From Candidatus Cloacimonadota bacterium (GTDB taxonomy: Bacteria; Cloacimonadota; Cloacimonadia; JGIOTU-2), in assembly GCA_011043895.1 (NCBI GenBank), contig DRBZ01000006.1:1-35425 (forward strand): a DNA stretch of 35,425 nt, in the 5' to 3' direction. This document shows positions 32,638-35,425 of this stretch, in pieces (position 1 is the first letter of the stretch; each line of letters starts with the position of its first letter). Both the position numbers and the translations under genes were made by a program. The notes beneath the pieces were generated by a model, which did no database searches, was not told the origin of the DNA, and was given only the letters and a program-made list of their open reading frames with translations.

Positions 32638-32752
32638 CTTTGAGACCAGAGAAAAAGAGAAATATTAAACCTGGTCAAGAAATTAGTTGCGATATAGCAG
32701 ATAACATAATCCACAAAAAGGAAGTAAGATAAGTTATCTTATCTCAAGTAAA

Positions 32753-33484
32753 TTATGAGATGTTTTTCAACAATTTTTCAGCTTTGCTCAAGTCTTCCTC
32801 GGTATCTATCCCGAAACCCTTATAATCTATTACATTTACTCTAATTTTTACATTATTCTCCAGCAATCTGAGTTGCTCAAGTTTTTCAACTTTTTCCAAT
32901 GTAGATTGTTTCAATTTACTAAATCTTATAAGTGCTTCTTTTCTAAATGCATACACGCCGATATGTCCGAGATAGGTATAGTTTTCATCACCTCTTTTGT
33001 AAGGGATAACAGATCTGGAAAAATATAATGCATCTCCATCTTGATCACAGATAACCTTAACCCTATTGGGATTTTCAATATCTTCATTATTAGTAAGCTC
33101 ATGGGCTAATGTTGCAACTTGTATATTTTTATCCTCGAAGCAGCTAAGAAGTGATTGCAGTGCATATTTTGAAATGAATAATTCATCCCCCTGCACGTTA
33201 ACAAATAACTCTGCATTGATGTCTTGTGCGATTTCTGCAATACGGTCCGAACCAGAGTTATATTGTTTTTGTGATATTTTTACTATCCCACTAAAAGATT
33301 TCACCTCATCACTTATACGTTCGTCATCTGTAACTACGATCACGTCTTCGAAGAGTTTAGAATTACGGATATTGTTATAGATATGATTGATGAGCGTTTT
33401 GCCCGCTATTTTTCGTAAGGGTTTGCCAGGCAGACGTGTGGAGCCATACCTGCTTGGAATTATTGCAACTGACCTCTTTGTCAT
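32753..33484 (-). CDS. kdsB: 3-deoxy-manno-octulosonate cytidylyltransferase (CMP-Kdo synthetase)
   Basis: IIPSRYGSTRLPGKPL, SGSDRI, NVQGDE, ALYFSRS.IP, HIGVYAF, LEKVEKLEQLR, IDTEED. Confidence 0.96.
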   Translation of the reverse strand: MTKRSVAIIPSRYGSTRLPGKPLRKIAGKTLINHIYNNIRNSKLFEDVIVVTDDERISDEVKSFSGIVKISQKQYNSGSDRIAEIAQDINAELFVNVQGDELFISKYALQSLLSCFEDKNIQVATLAHELTNNEDIENPNRVKVICDQDGDALYFSRSVIPYKRGDENYTYLGHIGVYAFRKEALIRFSKLKQSTLEKVEKLEQLRLLENNVKIRVNVIDYKGFGIDTEEDLSKAEKLLKNIS

Positions 33485-34263
33485 TGTTGTAATTCTTTCA
33501 GATAGTCAGCTAATTTCTTAGCAACTTCTTCCGGATCACCTTCCAGCATCATGGTTTTCTTCTCATGAGAGGGAGTGAATATTTTCTCGACCCATGTTGG
33601 CGAGCCGTTCAAACCGACTCTTTTTTCATCCAGTTCCAGATCATCGAAAGTCCATACAGGTATTTCTGCTTTTTTGGCTTTCATCTTAGTTCGAAGTGAA
33701 GGCAGTCGCGGTTCATTAATATCTTTTACTACTGTTAGTGCGATTGGGAGATGTGATTCTACTATATCAAAGCCATCTTCCATCATTCGATGAGCTACGA
33801 TTTTTCCATCTTCGATAGAATCAATCTTTTTCACAAAAGCGATCTGAGGGATATCAAGATGGCATGCAACTCCTGGTCCAACCTGGGCAGTGTCACCATC
33901 AATTGCCTGTTTCCCAAAGAGAATGATGTCGAAATCACCAAGCTTCCGTATGGCAGAAGCAAGCGTGTAACTTGTTGCTAGTGTGTCAGATCCAGCAAAT
34001 CTCTTATCTGAAACAAGGATAGCATTATCCGCTCCGATAGCTATGGCTTCTCGTAATGCAATTTCTACTTGTGGAGGTCCCATACTCAGTACAGTTACAG
34101 TTCCACCATGTGCTTCTCTGATACGAATTCCTTCTTCCAGCGCGTACATATCAAAGGGATTTATGATACTTTCCACACCTTCACGAATAAGTGTATTGTG
34201 TTCGGGATTTATCTTTATATCCGTTGTATCCGGAACCTGTTTTATACATACGATAATATTCAT
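33481..34263 (-). CDS. etfB: Electron transfer flavoprotein beta subunit
   Basis: VCIKQVPDT, NPFD, SMGP, FAGSDTLATS, GKQAIDGDTAQVGP, NEPRLP, GLNGSPT. Confidence 0.96.
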   Translation of the reverse strand: MNIIVCIKQVPDTTDIKINPEHNTLIREGVESIINPFDMYALEEGIRIREAHGGTVTVLSMGPPQVEIALREAIAIGADNAILVSDKRFAGSDTLATSYTLASAIRKLGDFDIILFGKQAIDGDTAQVGPGVACHLDIPQIAFVKKIDSIEDGKIVAHRMMEDGFDIVESHLPIALTVVKDINEPRLPSLRTKMKAKKAEIPVWTFDDLELDEKRVGLNGSPTWVEKIFTPSHEKKTMMLEGDPEEVAKKLADYLKELQQ

Positions 34264-34271
34264 AATACTCC

Positions 34272-35345
34272 TTACAGCTCACCAATTAGTTTGTCGTCAG
34301 AACCGAGCAGTAACGTACACTTATTATTTAATGTAATATTCATGATTTCTACATTTTTTCCAATAATACTATCTCTAATCGTTCCCTCAACATTCTGGAT
34401 AATTGAATCCTCGAGCATGATCGAATCTTTTAATGTAGCATTTTTTATTCTCGTTCCGCTACCAATACAGGTATTCGGTTGTAGTATTGCATTCTCTAAT
34501 TCACAATTTTCTCCGATAACAACCGGACCCTGGAAATTGCACTTGCGAATCTTTGATCCTCTTCCAATATATAGCGCCCCATCGATAATCGAATCTTCGT
34601 CGAGATCGCTATCGCCAGAGATGTGCCAGCCGTTGAGTTTTCCACAGAAAAATTTGTTTGCATCTATGATATCTTTAGGTTTACCTGTATCGAGCCATTT
34701 GCCTTTTAGTATCTCTCCTTTTATGGTAAGACCTTTATCAATTAATCCTTGAATCGCATCAGTGATCTCATATTCTCCACGCCAGGAAGGTTTGAGTTCA
34801 TCGATCGCTTGAAAGACATCCTTATCAAAAATATACACGCCAGCAATTGCAAGATTTGATGGGGGATTTTTCGGTTTTTCCACTACTTTGATCATAGTGT
34901 CATCTTTAAGTACTGCAATGCCAAATCGTTGTGGCTCATCAACCTCTTTCAATATAATAATACTTGAGGGCTTCTCTTCGTTGTATCTGTGCACGAGATT
35001 AGTAAGATCATCTTCAAATATATTGTCTCCAAGAAATACCATGAACGGTTCATCTCCAACAAAATCCTGTCCCATTTTCACTGCATGTGCAAGACCTTTG
35101 GGAGTATCCTGAACAATATATGTTATTTTAGCTCCAAGCTGTGAGCCATCTCCCACCTTTTCTCTGACTTGCTCTTGCTTGTAACCGACGATCAATCCAA
35201 TTTCCGTAATGCCAAGATTAACAAGTTTCTTTATTATGTGATATACAATTGGAGTATTGGCAAGAGGAAGAATGTGTTTGGGCATAGAATAGGTAAGCGG
35301 TTGTAAGCGTGTTCCTTTTCCAGCGCAAAGGATCAATGCTTTCAT
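34272..35345 (-). CDS. Glucose-1-phosphate thymidylyltransferase, long form (RmlA-like with left-handed beta-helix tail)
   Basis: ALILCAGKGTRLQPLT, PKGLAHAV, LGDN, EKP, PSWRGEYEITD, WLDTG; hexapeptide-repeat C-terminus; ATG at 35345 after GGAGG. Confidence 0.88.
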   Translation of the reverse strand: MKALILCAGKGTRLQPLTYSMPKHILPLANTPIVYHIIKKLVNLGITEIGLIVGYKQEQVREKVGDGSQLGAKITYIVQDTPKGLAHAVKMGQDFVGDEPFMVFLGDNIFEDDLTNLVHRYNEEKPSSIIILKEVDEPQRFGIAVLKDDTMIKVVEKPKNPPSNLAIAGVYIFDKDVFQAIDELKPSWRGEYEITDAIQGLIDKGLTIKGEILKGKWLDTGKPKDIIDANKFFCGKLNGWHISGDSDLDEDSIIDGALYIGRGSKIRKCNFQGPVVIGENCELENAILQPNTCIGSGTRIKNATLKDSIMLEDSIIQNVEGTIRDSIIGKNVEIMNITLNNKCTLLLGSDDKLIGEL

Positions 35346-35425
35346 AGAAAAACCTCCAGAATGAGCTTTTGTTTTCGACATTTGATAAACAATGAATCAG
35401 CATGTCAATGATTAATCGAACAAAA

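Noticed and set aside
32699-32726. Possible dif site (ATAACATAA resembles a reversed XerD arm) at the strand convergence
   Set aside because: No matching XerC arm after the 6-bp spacer.

Overview
AT-rich bacterial chromosomal window of mostly housekeeping genes. An FCB-superphylum anaerobe, most plausibly Cloacimonadota-like, is inferred from the FlgD/T9SS-type C-terminal tails, PorX-TsaE, DUF2723, long SecA and KdsB; no search was run. Left end: two decayed gene fragments, a secreted gingipain-like C25 protein, TldD, a transglutaminase-like lipoprotein, an aldehyde dehydrogenase (-), hflKC and an FmdE-like gene (-). Then a ~20.6 kb + strand run: rplM-rpsI-rpsB-tsf-pyrH-frr-ferredoxin (missed by the ORF track)-DUF2723/TPR-secA-topA-MacB-like permease-rseP-tgt-porX-tsaE-glmM-mscS-2TM. 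This converges on a - strand run of rmlA-like, etfB and kdsB. No rRNA, tRNA, CRISPR array or mobile element was seen. The most unusual signals are (1) ribosomal protein S2 with a long acidic/charged tether ending in a canonical C2H2 zinc finger, (2) SecA with a six-cysteine insert in NBD2, and (3) a C25 protein with Trp at the catalytic His position, co-oriented with a TldE-less TldD and a transglutaminase lipoprotein.
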